From positions 7,371 to 71,370 of the forward strand of contig CABZMK010000004.1 in assembly GCA_902526865.1 (NCBI GenBank): a stretch of DNA of 64,000 nt, given 5' to 3'. Below, piece by piece: positions 47,560-57,251 of the stretch. The translations under genes and the position numbers were made by a program. Source of the stretch: an uncultured Alphaproteobacteria bacterium (GTDB taxonomy: Bacteria > Pseudomonadota > Alphaproteobacteria > Methylaequorales > Methylaequoraceae). Under the pieces are notes generated by a model. It ran no database searches. It saw only the letters and a program-made list of their open reading frames with translations, and had not been told where the DNA came from. The first letter of the stretch is position 1; each line of letters begins with the position of its first letter.

Positions 47560-47619
47560 ACGAATTCAAAATCCTTTGAACTTCGGTTCATATCCGTTTG
47601 GGTCGGACCAGGGATACCA
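47560..47619 (+). repeat. Partial tRNA-Leu 3'-end copy (att-like), decayed
   Basis: acgaattcaaaatcctttgaacttcggttcatatccgtttgggtcggaccagggatacca. 53/60 identical to 30397-30456 by hand count. Confidence 0.75.
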
Positions 47620-47648
47620 TTGTAAAAAAAAAATAATTATGTAATGTT

Positions 47649-48734
47649 CTAATTTTTAAAAATATTTAACACATATTCGCCTATTTGAATAGATGAAGTT
47701 AAACCGGGTGATTCAATTCCAAATAAATTAATTATGAAAGAATCGTTCTCAAGTTTTTTAATAAAAAATGAAAAGTCATGGTTTGTATGTTTTGGTCTAA
47801 TTCCACAATAGTCATAGTTTAAATTTCTATTTTTAACTTCAGGCCAATACTTGGATATCGATTTTAAAAATTTTTCTTTTATATTTTTAGTTACGTGAAA
47901 ATCTATTTCTTCCACTTCAACTGTATCAGGACCAAAAATCGTAACACCATCAAGATTTAAAGTTGAATGGATACCTAAACCGTTCTTTTCTGGTAGAGGA
48001 TAAATTAATTTTTTGAAAGGTGATTTCCCTGATAAAGACAAATAATTTCCTTTTATATATCTAATTACAGGTATGTCATCAGCATTAATACCATCAATTT
48101 TTGTGGCTATAAGATGACTGTGCAACCCTGTAGAGTTAATTATAGATTTTGTTTTTACTTCCTGCTTTTCATCTTTTTTTAAGAAAAAAGAAATATGATT
48201 AGTTTTATTAACACTATGTGAAAACTCCGAATTAAAACTTATTATTCCACCATTGTTTTCAATATCGATTATAAAGTTCAGCATTAAATCATGAATGTCA
48301 ATTACACCCGTTGTTCTTGAGAGCAAACCTGCTTTGCCAACTAATTCAGGTTCAAGCTCTTTCATATGACTTTGTGAGAGTTTTTCTAAAATTAAGCCAT
48401 TTCTTTCAGCATTTAAAATTATTTGATTAAGTTTTTTTTCTTCCTTTTTGCTTGTTGCAACAACTATTTTGCCACAATTTGAAAATCCAATACCTCTTTC
48501 TTTTGCATATGAGTACAAGCTTACATTTCCAGCTGAACAAAACTTATTTTTTAAACTATATTGGGGATAATAAATTCCAGCGTGAATTACACCGCTATTT
48601 CTAGAACTATTTTCTTGACCAAAAGAGCTATTCTTTTCAATTACAAGAACTTTTTTACCTGAAAAAGAAAGTTCTCTTGCAATTGATAAACCAACTACTC
48701 CACCACCAATGACTGTAACTTCAAAATCAACCAC
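47649..48734 (-). CDS. FAD-dependent oxidoreductase (DAO family; L-2-hydroxyglutarate oxidase-like)
   Basis: 361-aa ORF. VTVIGGGVVGLSIARELS dinucleotide-binding motif and NSGVIHAGIYY. It is the only gene in its repeat-bounded module. Confidence 0.7.
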   Translation of the reverse strand: MVDFEVTVIGGGVVGLSIARELSFSGKKVLVIEKNSSFGQENSSRNSGVIHAGIYYPQYSLKNKFCSAGNVSLYSYAKERGIGFSNCGKIVVATSKKEEKKLNQIILNAERNGLILEKLSQSHMKELEPELVGKAGLLSRTTGVIDIHDLMLNFIIDIENNGGIISFNSEFSHSVNKTNHISFFLKKDEKQEVKTKSIINSTGLHSHLIATKIDGINADDIPVIRYIKGNYLSLSGKSPFKKLIYPLPEKNGLGIHSTLNLDGVTIFGPDTVEVEEIDFHVTKNIKEKFLKSISKYWPEVKNRNLNYDYCGIRPKHTNHDFSFFIKKLENDSFIINLFGIESPGLTSSIQIGEYVLNIFKN

Positions 48735-48836
48735 GTTAAAAATTTTACATATAATTATTAAGATTCAAAGATAAATTATAATTATGAGTGAGGATTATAA
48801 ATTTTATAAGTATCTAATAGGAGAAACGGTGGATTA

Positions 48837-48895
48837 AATAATTCAAAATCGGTTGAACCTTTGTTCATATCGGTTTGAGGCTTACAAGTATCACT
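48837..48895 (+). repeat. Most decayed partial tRNA-Leu 3'-end copy
   Basis: aataattcaaaatcggttgaacctttgttcatatcggtttgaggcttacaagtatcac. 40/60 identical (ungapped hand count) over the 60 positions 48837-48896, one past the stated end. Same strand and intergenic like the others. Confidence 0.5.
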
Positions 48896-48950
48896 TCAAA
48901 AAATTTTTCTCTTTTGTAAATTATATTTTTTTAATAGATTTAAACTTGAA

Positions 48951-49931
48951 ATGATAAAAAATATTGCTGTTATAGGCGCTGGATTAGCAGGAACAACCGT
49001 TGCCTCTTTGATGAAAGGAAATTTTGATGTAAAGATTTTTGAAAAATCTAAAAACGCAGGTGGAAGAATGTCAACTAGAAAAGAGATTCCATTTAATTTT
49101 GATCACGGAGCCCAATTTTTTAAAATTAGTACAATTGATTTTAAAAATTTTCTTTTAGATTTATTTACTCAGAAAGTAATTGAACCGTGGAAATTTAGAC
49201 TTGCATATTTTGAAGGGCAATATTTAAAAAAAATTAAGATGATCGAAGATGAGGATGGATTTTTTGTCGGAGTACCAAATATGGACTCTATAATTAAATA
49301 TCTGTCTAAAAACTGCAACCTAATTTTAAATACAAAAATTGAACGGATAGTTAGAAAGAATGATAAATGGAGTCTTTATGATCAGAATAAAAAATCTTAT
49401 GGCTTATTTGATTGGGTAATATTGAGTCTTCCAGCTCAACAATCACTGGAGTTAATTTCAAATAATATTTCTTTTTATTCTTTAATTGAAAAGATTAAAA
49501 TGAAAGGATGTTTTTCTTTAATGGTAGGAATGAAAAAATCGCTAAATTTAGACTTTGATGCAGCACTTATCGAAAACGAAGATATAGCTTGGTTTGCTAT
49601 AAATAATTCTAAACCCGGTAGAATGAATAAAAATTGTTTAATAATTAACTCTTCTTATGAATATGCTTCTAAAAATTTGAATACTTCTAAAGCAAAAGTT
49701 TTAAAACATCTATTATCTAAGTCTAGTAAGTTTCTAAATTATGATTTATTGAAATCAAATATAATCAAAATTCATCAATGGAAATATGTTGAAGCTGAAT
49801 GTTCTCCTATAGAAAATTTCTTTATTGATCATAAAGAGAAAATCGCAGTTTGTGGTGATTGGTTTATTAATAGTAGAGTTGAGGGTGCATTTTTAAGTGC
49901 TAATGAGCTTTCTAAAGAAATTATTAAATAA
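48951..49931 (+). CDS. NAD(P)/FAD-dependent oxidoreductase (amine oxidase/renalase-like)
   Basis: 326-aa ORF. IAVIGAGLAGTTVA...IFEKSKNAGGRM dinucleotide-binding motif. Confidence 0.7.
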   Translation: MIKNIAVIGAGLAGTTVASLMKGNFDVKIFEKSKNAGGRMSTRKEIPFNFDHGAQFFKISTIDFKNFLLDLFTQKVIEPWKFRLAYFEGQYLKKIKMIEDEDGFFVGVPNMDSIIKYLSKNCNLILNTKIERIVRKNDKWSLYDQNKKSYGLFDWVILSLPAQQSLELISNNISFYSLIEKIKMKGCFSLMVGMKKSLNLDFDAALIENEDIAWFAINNSKPGRMNKNCLIINSSYEYASKNLNTSKAKVLKHLLSKSSKFLNYDLLKSNIIKIHQWKYVEAECSPIENFFIDHKEKIAVCGDWFINSRVEGAFLSANELSKEIIK

Positions 49932-50297
49932 TTTCTCTACTTTAAGTATTTAGAAGAGAAGTAACAAAACATTTAGCACCACCCCCTTTATTATAAAAAA
50001 TGAGTCTTCTTTAATCTACAATAACTTAATTTAATTTGTTTTAAGATATAATCTTTCGACTTGATTTTCCAGGTGATAAGTTTAGCATTTAAAAATTATT
50101 CATGGAGACTAAAAAAAATTAATTTAAAAAGTTTCCTATTAATTTGATCTGAGTTGAAAATTTATGAATGAATTTGATTTAATAAAAAAAGTATTTTGGT
50201 CTCTGCTAATTTTAATTTGTTTCCTTTTTATTCTGGTAAATATTATTTTTGTTTTTTAAAGACCTTAGTTATTTCATATCCAACAATATTTTTCTTT

Positions 50298-52787
50298 CTA
50301 TTCATTTCTTAATAATGAATAAATATTTAAATTAAAGTACTTTCGGTTTGATATTAATAAGGTAAATACTAATACTATCAAAGATAATCCAGATATTAAA
50401 AAAGGAATTTTAAAAGAAAAATACCACTCAATATTGAAAAAATCTGTAACTAAAATATAGGAGAGTACGAAAGCAAAAAACAATGAAAAACAAATAATGG
50501 GCACAAAAATTATTAGAGACTCAAATAGTAGTAATTTGATAATACCAATTCGTTCGTAACCTAAGATTCTAAAAACCAGATTTTGATAAACTTTTAAATT
50601 CCCCATTACACTCATTGCATTCGAAACTACAACAAGGCCGATCGCAACAACAAAACCTGACATAAAAATACTAATAAAAAACATCTTATCTAAAAAATTT
50701 TTGGTTTTATTTATATAATCGGATAATTTTATATAAGTAATATTTGGTAATTTATTTAATAGTTCATTAAGATTAACTAGTTCTTCATTTTCAAACTTAA
50801 TAGTAGACATGAATTCGTGGGGAATATTAGATGCATATTTAGGGTTAAATAGAATTGCAAAATTAATATTTAAATCCTTATAATTTACTTTTCTAAAGTT
50901 CGTTATAACTCCAGAAACTGAATTTCCATAAATATTAAATCTAATTGAATCACCAATTTTTAAATTCAAGTCTTTTGCAACCTTAGAATCTAAGGAAAGT
51001 TTCAATTCTTTTTTTTCGTCAAAATTCCACCATTTACCCTCTATAATTTGATTATTAGAGGGAGGAACTTTAAACCACGATATTCTTCTTTCACCATCAA
51101 CAAACCAAAAACTTTCATTATTTTTATTAACAAATTCTTTTGGAGGTCTATTATTTATCGCTTCAATCCTTGCAGCTATAATTGGAACCATTTGTTGCTT
51201 TGCTTGATTATCAATCTCGTAAATTTGTTTTGAGAATAAATTTTTCTCATCTTTTTGTATTCCTAAAAAAAAATAGTCGGGAGCGTCTTTAGGTATAGAA
51301 CTATAAATTTCTTTGTTAATATTTGATGATAAAATCCCTAAAAATAATAAAGTAGTTACACCTACTCCCATAGTCATAATGATCATTGAATTTAGACTTT
51401 GGTAATTGTTTAAATTTTTAATTCCCATTTTAACAGAAATATTTTGTATCCTTTTTATTTTATTCAAAATTAAAATGTAAAATTTGGACAGATAGTAATA
51501 AAAACAGCTTATAATAAAAAAGAAAAAAAAGAAAAAGGCCGTTTGAAAGGGTTTTACATTTATAATACAAAATGTAGAAATAAATATTAGTAAAAATATA
51601 ACCATTTCCGATAGTGATTTTCTGTTATAATTAAAGCTCAAGTTTGAATTACTATTTCTAAATAAATTTATAACTTTTATTTGGTCAATAGTGTCCAAAG
51701 CCGGTTTCGCAAAAATGAGAAAAATAACTGCACTAAAGAATTGAATAACTAAAAGTTCGTATATTTTGAATTCAACTTTAAGTTTAATTTTTAATAAATT
51801 TGAAAGAATATTATCAAAAAAAGAAATTAAAAATAACCCGAAAATATAGGTAATAAAAGAACAAAAAAAAAGAATCGTTAGCATTTGAAGATAATATAAA
51901 ACCTTTACATTTTTAGAACTCAACCCTAATGATTTGTAAATTGCAATCTTCATCTGATTATTACTAAGAAATGAAAAAAGTGAGTTCTTTAAGCCAATAC
52001 CAGAGATCAGAATTGCTGCTGCTGAAACAATGGTTAAAAAATATATAAAATTCTCTATGGTCTTTTTTAAATTCTGACTTATATCATTCGGAAGTTTAAT
52101 AGAAATATCTTTATCATTGGTTATATACTGAGGTATCTCTATTTTGGAATTTTTATTCAACATTTTGTATTTATAATTTATAAAACTTCCGAGAGTATTT
52201 ACTTTAAAATTTTCAAATCCAGATTTATTTATCAAAGCTTGATCTCCAAAAAGAAAATAACTTCCTATCTCTGGAATGCTATCTATTACGCCAATGACTT
52301 CGTGTTCAAAATTTTGTATTCTAATTTTATCACCAAGTTTAAGATCAAGACTATTTTTTGTTGTTTTATCAATTAGAATGCCATCCGACCGATTTTTTAA
52401 AATTTGCAGTGAATTAGGGGGATCAACTTTGACCTCTCCAATAAGTGGATAGAAATTATCAATCACTTTAATTCTTGTGGCCTTACTTTCTTTTTTATTA
52501 GTTTTTATAATAGATGTGAATTCAATAACTTCTGTTATTAAAAAACTTTTTTTTAGATTTTCCAATAAGTCTAAATTTAAAACTTTATTTTTTGTTGATA
52601 ATTCTAAATCACCACCAAGAAGAATCTTTGAATTATTTTTTATTTCATTTTCAATACTATTTTTGAAAATTGTAACTGTTGAAAAAATTAATAAACTTAT
52701 ACAAATTGTGAAAAAAACCCTAGTAATTTTAGATTTATTTTTAGTTAACTCTTTAATAAAAATTGAAAAATATTTTTTGTAGGTCAT
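50298..52787 (-). CDS. ABC transporter permease with two FtsX domains (YbbP-like)
   Basis: 829-aa ORF. Two 4-TM FtsX-type blocks separated by large extracytoplasmic domains. Starts 2 nt downstream of the ATPase gene. Confidence 0.85.
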   Translation of the reverse strand: MTYKKYFSIFIKELTKNKSKITRVFFTICISLLIFSTVTIFKNSIENEIKNNSKILLGGDLELSTKNKVLNLDLLENLKKSFLITEVIEFTSIIKTNKKESKATRIKVIDNFYPLIGEVKVDPPNSLQILKNRSDGILIDKTTKNSLDLKLGDKIRIQNFEHEVIGVIDSIPEIGSYFLFGDQALINKSGFENFKVNTLGSFINYKYKMLNKNSKIEIPQYITNDKDISIKLPNDISQNLKKTIENFIYFLTIVSAAAILISGIGLKNSLFSFLSNNQMKIAIYKSLGLSSKNVKVLYYLQMLTILFFCSFITYIFGLFLISFFDNILSNLLKIKLKVEFKIYELLVIQFFSAVIFLIFAKPALDTIDQIKVINLFRNSNSNLSFNYNRKSLSEMVIFLLIFISTFCIINVKPFQTAFFFFFFFIISCFYYYLSKFYILILNKIKRIQNISVKMGIKNLNNYQSLNSMIIMTMGVGVTTLLFLGILSSNINKEIYSSIPKDAPDYFFLGIQKDEKNLFSKQIYEIDNQAKQQMVPIIAARIEAINNRPPKEFVNKNNESFWFVDGERRISWFKVPPSNNQIIEGKWWNFDEKKELKLSLDSKVAKDLNLKIGDSIRFNIYGNSVSGVITNFRKVNYKDLNINFAILFNPKYASNIPHEFMSTIKFENEELVNLNELLNKLPNITYIKLSDYINKTKNFLDKMFFISIFMSGFVVAIGLVVVSNAMSVMGNLKVYQNLVFRILGYERIGIIKLLLFESLIIFVPIICFSLFFAFVLSYILVTDFFNIEWYFSFKIPFLISGLSLIVLVFTLLISNRKYFNLNIYSLLRNE

Positions 52788-52789
52788 TT

Positions 52790-53458
52790 TTAAAGCTTTA
52801 TCCGGCCATCTACCAACCTCATTATTCTGTCACACTTTCGTGCTAGATCCATGTTATGAGTTACTAGAATTAAGCAAATCTTTTTTTTTTTCGAATATTC
52901 TAAAAGTAAATTAGAAACCAGTTCAGTATTCTTACTATCTAAATTTCCTGTAGGTTCGTCGGCCAATACAATTTCAGGATCAAATGAAATTGCTCTCGCA
53001 ATTGCCACTCTCTGTTGTTCACCTCCAGATAGTTCTGAGGGAAGGTTGTTTTTAAGTTTTACCAAACCGAAATCGTCAAGAATTGAGATAGCTTTTTCTT
53101 TTTCATTATTAATTTTATTAATTTGCATTGGAAACATAACATTCTCGAGAGCAGTATAATTTGGTATTAGAAAAAATTGTTGAAATATCAATCCAATTTT
53201 TTTTTTTCTGATTTCAGTCCTTCTTGTTTCATTAATTTTAGATAAATCTTCTTTATCAAAAATAATTGAACCATTTGTTGGACTTTCTAAGCCAGACATT
53301 AGCATTAAAAGACTAGTTTTTCCTGATCCACTCTCACCAATAACAGCTACTCTTTCGTTTTTTTTAATTTCAAAATTTATATTTTTTAAAATTTTGATAT
53401 TATCTCCATTTAACAAATAATTAAGATTTATGTTTTTAAGTTTATACAGAGCATTCAT
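52790..53458 (-). CDS. ABC transporter ATP-binding protein (YbbA/LolD-like)
   Basis: 222-aa ORF. Walker A GESGSGKTS, signature LSGGEQQR and Walker B ILADEPTGNLD. Confidence 0.9.
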   Translation of the reverse strand: MNALYKLKNINLNYLLNGDNIKILKNINFEIKKNERVAVIGESGSGKTSLLMLMSGLESPTNGSIIFDKEDLSKINETRRTEIRKKKIGLIFQQFFLIPNYTALENVMFPMQINKINNEKEKAISILDDFGLVKLKNNLPSELSGGEQQRVAIARAISFDPEIVLADEPTGNLDSKNTELVSNLLLEYSKKKKICLILVTHNMDLARKCDRIMRLVDGRIKL

Positions 53459-54071
53459 ATTAAGTTTTTTTTTCTATCTAATTATTGGTGTAAACTTTAT
53501 ATCAACGAAAGCTTATTGTAACCTAAAAGTTGCATTATTTGGAGATAGCCTAATGTCTGGATATGGGCTGGATGAAGAATTTCACTTGTCTAACGTTTTA
53601 GAGAATAACCTAAAAAGAAAAGGATTCGATGTTACAATTATTAATGCTAGTGTTTCTGGAGATACGACATCTGGCGGACTTAATAGATTGAATTGGTTAC
53701 TTGAAAACAAAAAAATTGATATTGTGATTTTATGTTTAGGAGCAAACGATATGTTAAGAGGAATAAATACAGATTCAATAAAACAAAATTTAAATAACAT
53801 TCTAAAAATTTTGCGCGAAAAAAACATCAAGATTCTCCTTGCTGGCATGCTTTCTCAAGAAACCTATGGAAATAAATATAAAAATAATTTTGATGAAATT
53901 TATCCTGAACTTGCAAGTAAATATAAAGTTGCTTTTCTTCCCTTTTTATTAGAGGGAGTGGCACTTAATCCAAATCTAAATTTAGACGATGGCAAACATC
54001 CGAATCCCAAGGGAGTAAAATTAATAAGTAAAAACTTAGAGAAAAAATTAATTAATCTTCTTACAAATTAA
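53430..54071 (+). CDS. tesA: SGNH arylesterase / acyl-CoA thioesterase I-like
   Basis: 213-aa ORF. Signal-like N-terminus, block I FGDSLMSGYG, block III GANDMLRG and a DGKHPN catalytic end. Divergent from ybbA/ybbP, as in many proteobacteria. Confidence 0.8.
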   Translation: MFLSLYRAFILSFFFYLIIGVNFISTKAYCNLKVALFGDSLMSGYGLDEEFHLSNVLENNLKRKGFDVTIINASVSGDTTSGGLNRLNWLLENKKIDIVILCLGANDMLRGINTDSIKQNLNNILKILREKNIKILLAGMLSQETYGNKYKNNFDEIYPELASKYKVAFLPFLLEGVALNPNLNLDDGKHPNPKGVKLISKNLEKKLINLLTN

Positions 54072-54169
54072 TTTTTTCATTATTGTTATACAAAACTTTA
54101 CAATTAATCAAAAAATTCTGAGTTTGAAAAAATATACAAGCCTGTATATACTCTAATTGGAGTGTTACA

Positions 54170-54994
54170 TTGGAAATTAAGAAATTTAAATTAAACGACG
54201 GTACATATTTCAGATATAAAAAGATTGGTAAAGGTAAGCCAATCCTTCTTCTCCACACTTTCAGAAATAGATTAGAATACTCTGATAAACTTGGAGAATT
54301 ACTTAAAAGTAAGAATACCGTATACTCAATTGATCTTCCTGGTTTTGGAGATTCACCCATAAACTCTAAAACAATTTATGATCTTAATTTTTTTACAAAT
54401 TCTATTATTGAATTTATAAAAAATTTAAAAATTAATAATCTTAGCATTGCTGGAGAGTCTATCGGTGCAGTTTTATCTGCAAGCGTTTCTGTAAGACTTC
54501 CAAAACAAGTAAAAAAAATTTTCATGTTTAACCCATATGACTATGATTCGTATTTTGGGGAAGGAATTGGAAGAGGCAATTTTTTTGCAAAATTTATTTT
54601 ATTTAACATAAGTTTGCCAATTATTGGTGAAATATTTTCAAGTCTCGAAAATAAGTTTATTCTTAGAAATGTGATGGGAGGCGGTTTCATTAATCCAGGT
54701 AATCTCTCAGATGAATACTTAAATTTATTATGTACTTCCATTAAAAAAAAAGGTTACGCTTATCATTTTCGAAATGTTCTACAAAAATTTAAAGAAAATA
54801 ATGAAATTAAAGAAATTTATAAAAAAACCAAAGTACCAATCAAACTTGTCTACGGAATTGATGATTGGGCAAATGAATCTGAAAGACTTCAAACCCAGAA
54901 GCTATTAAAGCTTGATAAATACCTTGTAATTGATAATTGTAAGCACTTCTCATTTTTAGAAAATTCAAAAGAAGTCTTTAGTATTTTGAATTAG
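54170..54994 (+). CDS. Alpha/beta hydrolase
   Basis: 274-aa ORF (TTG start). LLLHTF..., nucleophile elbow AGESIGA and a C-terminal CKHFSFLE His motif. Confidence 0.8.
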   Translation: MEIKKFKLNDGTYFRYKKIGKGKPILLLHTFRNRLEYSDKLGELLKSKNTVYSIDLPGFGDSPINSKTIYDLNFFTNSIIEFIKNLKINNLSIAGESIGAVLSASVSVRLPKQVKKIFMFNPYDYDSYFGEGIGRGNFFAKFILFNISLPIIGEIFSSLENKFILRNVMGGGFINPGNLSDEYLNLLCTSIKKKGYAYHFRNVLQKFKENNEIKEIYKKTKVPIKLVYGIDDWANESERLQTQKLLKLDKYLVIDNCKHFSFLENSKEVFSILN

Positions 54995-55055
54995 TGAATA
55001 TAGTATTAGTAGTTTATGATATAAGTGAGCAAATAAATAACTAAAGGAGTGAATT

Positions 55056-55787
55056 ATGGAAAAAGTAGCCTTTATATCTGGTGCTAACAGAGGAATAGGA
55101 TTTGAAACTGCAAAAAGGCTTGCGGAGAAAGGAATAAAAGTTATTCTAGGATCAAGAGACTTAAATAAAGGAAAAGAAGCCTTAGAAAAATTATCTTCTC
55201 AAGGATTAAATGTCGATTTAGTTCAATATGATGCATTTGATTCTGAATCTCCACAAAGGGTTTTCGATCACATTCAGAAAAATTACCAAAAACTTGATAT
55301 ATTAATAAATAATGCAGGTGTTCTCTTAACAGGAAACTTATTTATGACTAATAGTTCTACTATTAGTGAAAAAGATCTTAGAGATACTTTTCAAACTAAT
55401 TTTTTTGCAGTTGTGACACTTACGCAAAAATTACTTCCATTAATTAAGAAATCAGATGCAGGTAGAATTGTAAATGTTTCGACAATTTTAAGTTCTTTGA
55501 CTTTACATTCTGCAAAAGATTCGCCAATTTCTCCGGCTAAAGAATTTGCATACAATTCTTCAAAAACAGCTTTGAATGCTTTTACCATTCATCTGGCACT
55601 CGAACTGAAAGATACGAATATAAAAGTTAATTCTGGGCATCCTGGATGGGTAAAAACTGAACTAGGTGGCCCAAACGCTCCAATTGAAGTAGAAGACAGT
55701 TACAAAACATCATTAAATCTAGCGATTTTAAATGACGATGGACCAAGTGGAGGGCTATTTCATGAAGAAGACACCATTCCATGGTGA
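55056..55787 (+). CDS. Short-chain dehydrogenase/reductase
   Basis: 243-aa ORF. ISGANRGIGFETA (TGxxxGxG), NNAG and YNSSK catalytic motifs. Confidence 0.9.
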   Translation: MEKVAFISGANRGIGFETAKRLAEKGIKVILGSRDLNKGKEALEKLSSQGLNVDLVQYDAFDSESPQRVFDHIQKNYQKLDILINNAGVLLTGNLFMTNSSTISEKDLRDTFQTNFFAVVTLTQKLLPLIKKSDAGRIVNVSTILSSLTLHSAKDSPISPAKEFAYNSSKTALNAFTIHLALELKDTNIKVNSGHPGWVKTELGGPNAPIEVEDSYKTSLNLAILNDDGPSGGLFHEEDTIPW

Positions 55788-55813
55788 GAGTATCAATCTT
55801 ATAAAAAATATTA

Positions 55814-56209
55814 ATGGTAAATACTAAATTCATTCTCTTAACCATTCTTTTTTTTTCGTTATATCTAGTTGATGTGCAAGCCAAAAATTATGATTCTATG
55901 CAATTCACCTGTGCAGACGAAATCGGTCCTTTACTGGAATTTAAAATACCTGATCTACAAGTTGACAAATCAAAGACTTTAAAAATTAAAACTTTTGATA
56001 AAGTTAAAAGAGAATCCTCAACTGTTATTGAAGGGGTTATAAAAAAGGTTTCCAGTCCGATAGATAATTCTTATTTTTTTTATAAAGCCAACACAATCCT
56101 GAAAGAAAAAGACTTTTTTGAGATTAGTTTTGAATTTTATCCACCTTCACATCTCTTAATTAAATATCTAAATTCTCAATACTCTGATTTAGTATGCTGG
56201 GATAATTAA
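55814..56209 (+). CDS. Hypothetical exported protein
   Basis: 131-aa ORF with the signal peptide MVNTKFILLTILFFSLYLVDVQA. Confidence 0.4.
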   Translation: MVNTKFILLTILFFSLYLVDVQAKNYDSMQFTCADEIGPLLEFKIPDLQVDKSKTLKIKTFDKVKRESSTVIEGVIKKVSSPIDNSYFFYKANTILKEKDFFEISFEFYPPSHLLIKYLNSQYSDLVCWDN

Positions 56210-56307
56210 TAAACCTAAATATATTTTAAGTTTTATTTCTTCACGACTTTTTTAAATTTTTGATATTATTTGTATCAATAATTATAAATGTAAACTTAGT
56301 CAGGTAT

Positions 56308-57195
56308 TTAACTATTAAATTTTTTGAGAGCTTCGATTAATTCGTCAATTTTTTTTTCTTTTATATATATACGAAATTCTGATTTTTTTGTTGCAATCTC
56401 ACTAACAGAACCATCTAGTAAAACATCAAATATTTTCCATGTATTATTTTTTAAAGATAGTAAATAATCTATGCTTATTTTTTCTTGTTTAATAATAAGA
56501 TTACTTCTAACTAAAAAAAATTCTGATGAAATTTTTTCTTTTTTTTCATTACTAAAACTTACATCATTAATTTTTGAAAATCGCTTTAAATAATTTTTTG
56601 AAATATATTTTTCAAAGACCATGATTAACTCTTTTTTTTTCTCATTTTCTTGATTTTTCCAATCTGCTCCAATTATCATTTCAAGCATTTTTTCAGCATT
56701 GTAAGTTCGGTTGATTACTTTAAATACATGTTCTAAATCAGAATTATCATTTGAACTAATTTTTTTAAGTCCTTCATGTAAAAAATTCACAGTCATCAAT
56801 GGATCCTCAAAAACTTTTAATGAATCAGTTTTTTTTTGGCTTAAATTTAGTGATAATTTGTTTTTTTCTTTATTAACTTCGCTTTTTTCAATATTGTCAT
56901 TTTTTTTAGTATTCTTTCTCGAAACATCTTTCTCATTCGAATTTTGTGCTTCTAAATCCTTATTCGAAAAAACTAAATCTTCTTTTTTTTTATACTCAAA
57001 AGATTCTTTTTCTTCACGCAGATCATTCTTCGTTTGTAATTGAGACGTAGAGCTCGATTTTTCATAGTTGTTTTCGGAATCACTAAAAAAATTCAAGCTC
57101 GATTTTAATAATATTACTACAATAACAGGTAACAATATTAATCCTAAAATATTGAAAACTTTATTCTTCGAATTTATTTTTTTTTTGAAGTTCAT
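56308..57195 (-). CDS. MlaC/Ttg2D-like lipid-binding protein with a low-complexity Lys/Glu/Ser-rich N-terminal linker
   Basis: 295-aa ORF. N-terminal TM/signal segment. The C-terminal part (WKIFDVLLDGSVSEIATKKSEF) resembles the MlaC family signature. Confidence 0.45.
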   Translation of the reverse strand: MNFKKKINSKNKVFNILGLILLPVIVVILLKSSLNFFSDSENNYEKSSSTSQLQTKNDLREEKESFEYKKKEDLVFSNKDLEAQNSNEKDVSRKNTKKNDNIEKSEVNKEKNKLSLNLSQKKTDSLKVFEDPLMTVNFLHEGLKKISSNDNSDLEHVFKVINRTYNAEKMLEMIIGADWKNQENEKKKELIMVFEKYISKNYLKRFSKINDVSFSNEKKEKISSEFFLVRSNLIIKQEKISIDYLLSLKNNTWKIFDVLLDGSVSEIATKKSEFRIYIKEKKIDELIEALKKFNS

Positions 57196-57251
57196 ATCTT
57201 TATAATTTATAAGATAAAATTGATAATTTATATCACAATACTTTTTTTTAA

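Larger units (their letters stand above)
30457..48895 (+). mobile_element. Tandem array of small integrase-less cargo modules delimited by tRNA-Leu 3'-end direct repeats (att-like scars)
   Basis: Seven same-strand partial copies of the tRNA-Leu 3' end lie in intergenic positions: 31531, 31717, 33946, 37076, 38253, 47560 and 48837. None of the window's ORFs resembles an integrase or transposase. Confidence 0.6.

Noticed and set aside
31717-48895. The regularly recurring roughly 60-nt direct repeats might be a CRISPR-like array.
   Set aside because: Spacing is 1-9 kb rather than tens of nt. The repeats are plainly the 3' end of the adjacent tRNA-Leu and they decay in sequence. None of the window's ORFs resembles a cas gene.
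9900-48900. The whole variable region might be a prophage, ICE or conventional integrative island.
   Set aside because: I recognised no integrase, transposase, phage structural, replication or conjugation gene in any listed ORF. The content is almost entirely glycan biosynthesis and small metabolic cargo. I therefore describe it as a hypervariable glycan region plus an integrase-less att-scar array.
50164-50259. A 31-aa hydrophobic ORF (MNEFDLIKKVFWSLLILICFLFILVNIIFVF) in the gap before the ABC permease gene.
   Set aside because: It is too short and compositionally trivial in an AT-rich genome (Phe/Ile/Leu/Lys codons). There is no recognisable RBS and no way to test conservation here.
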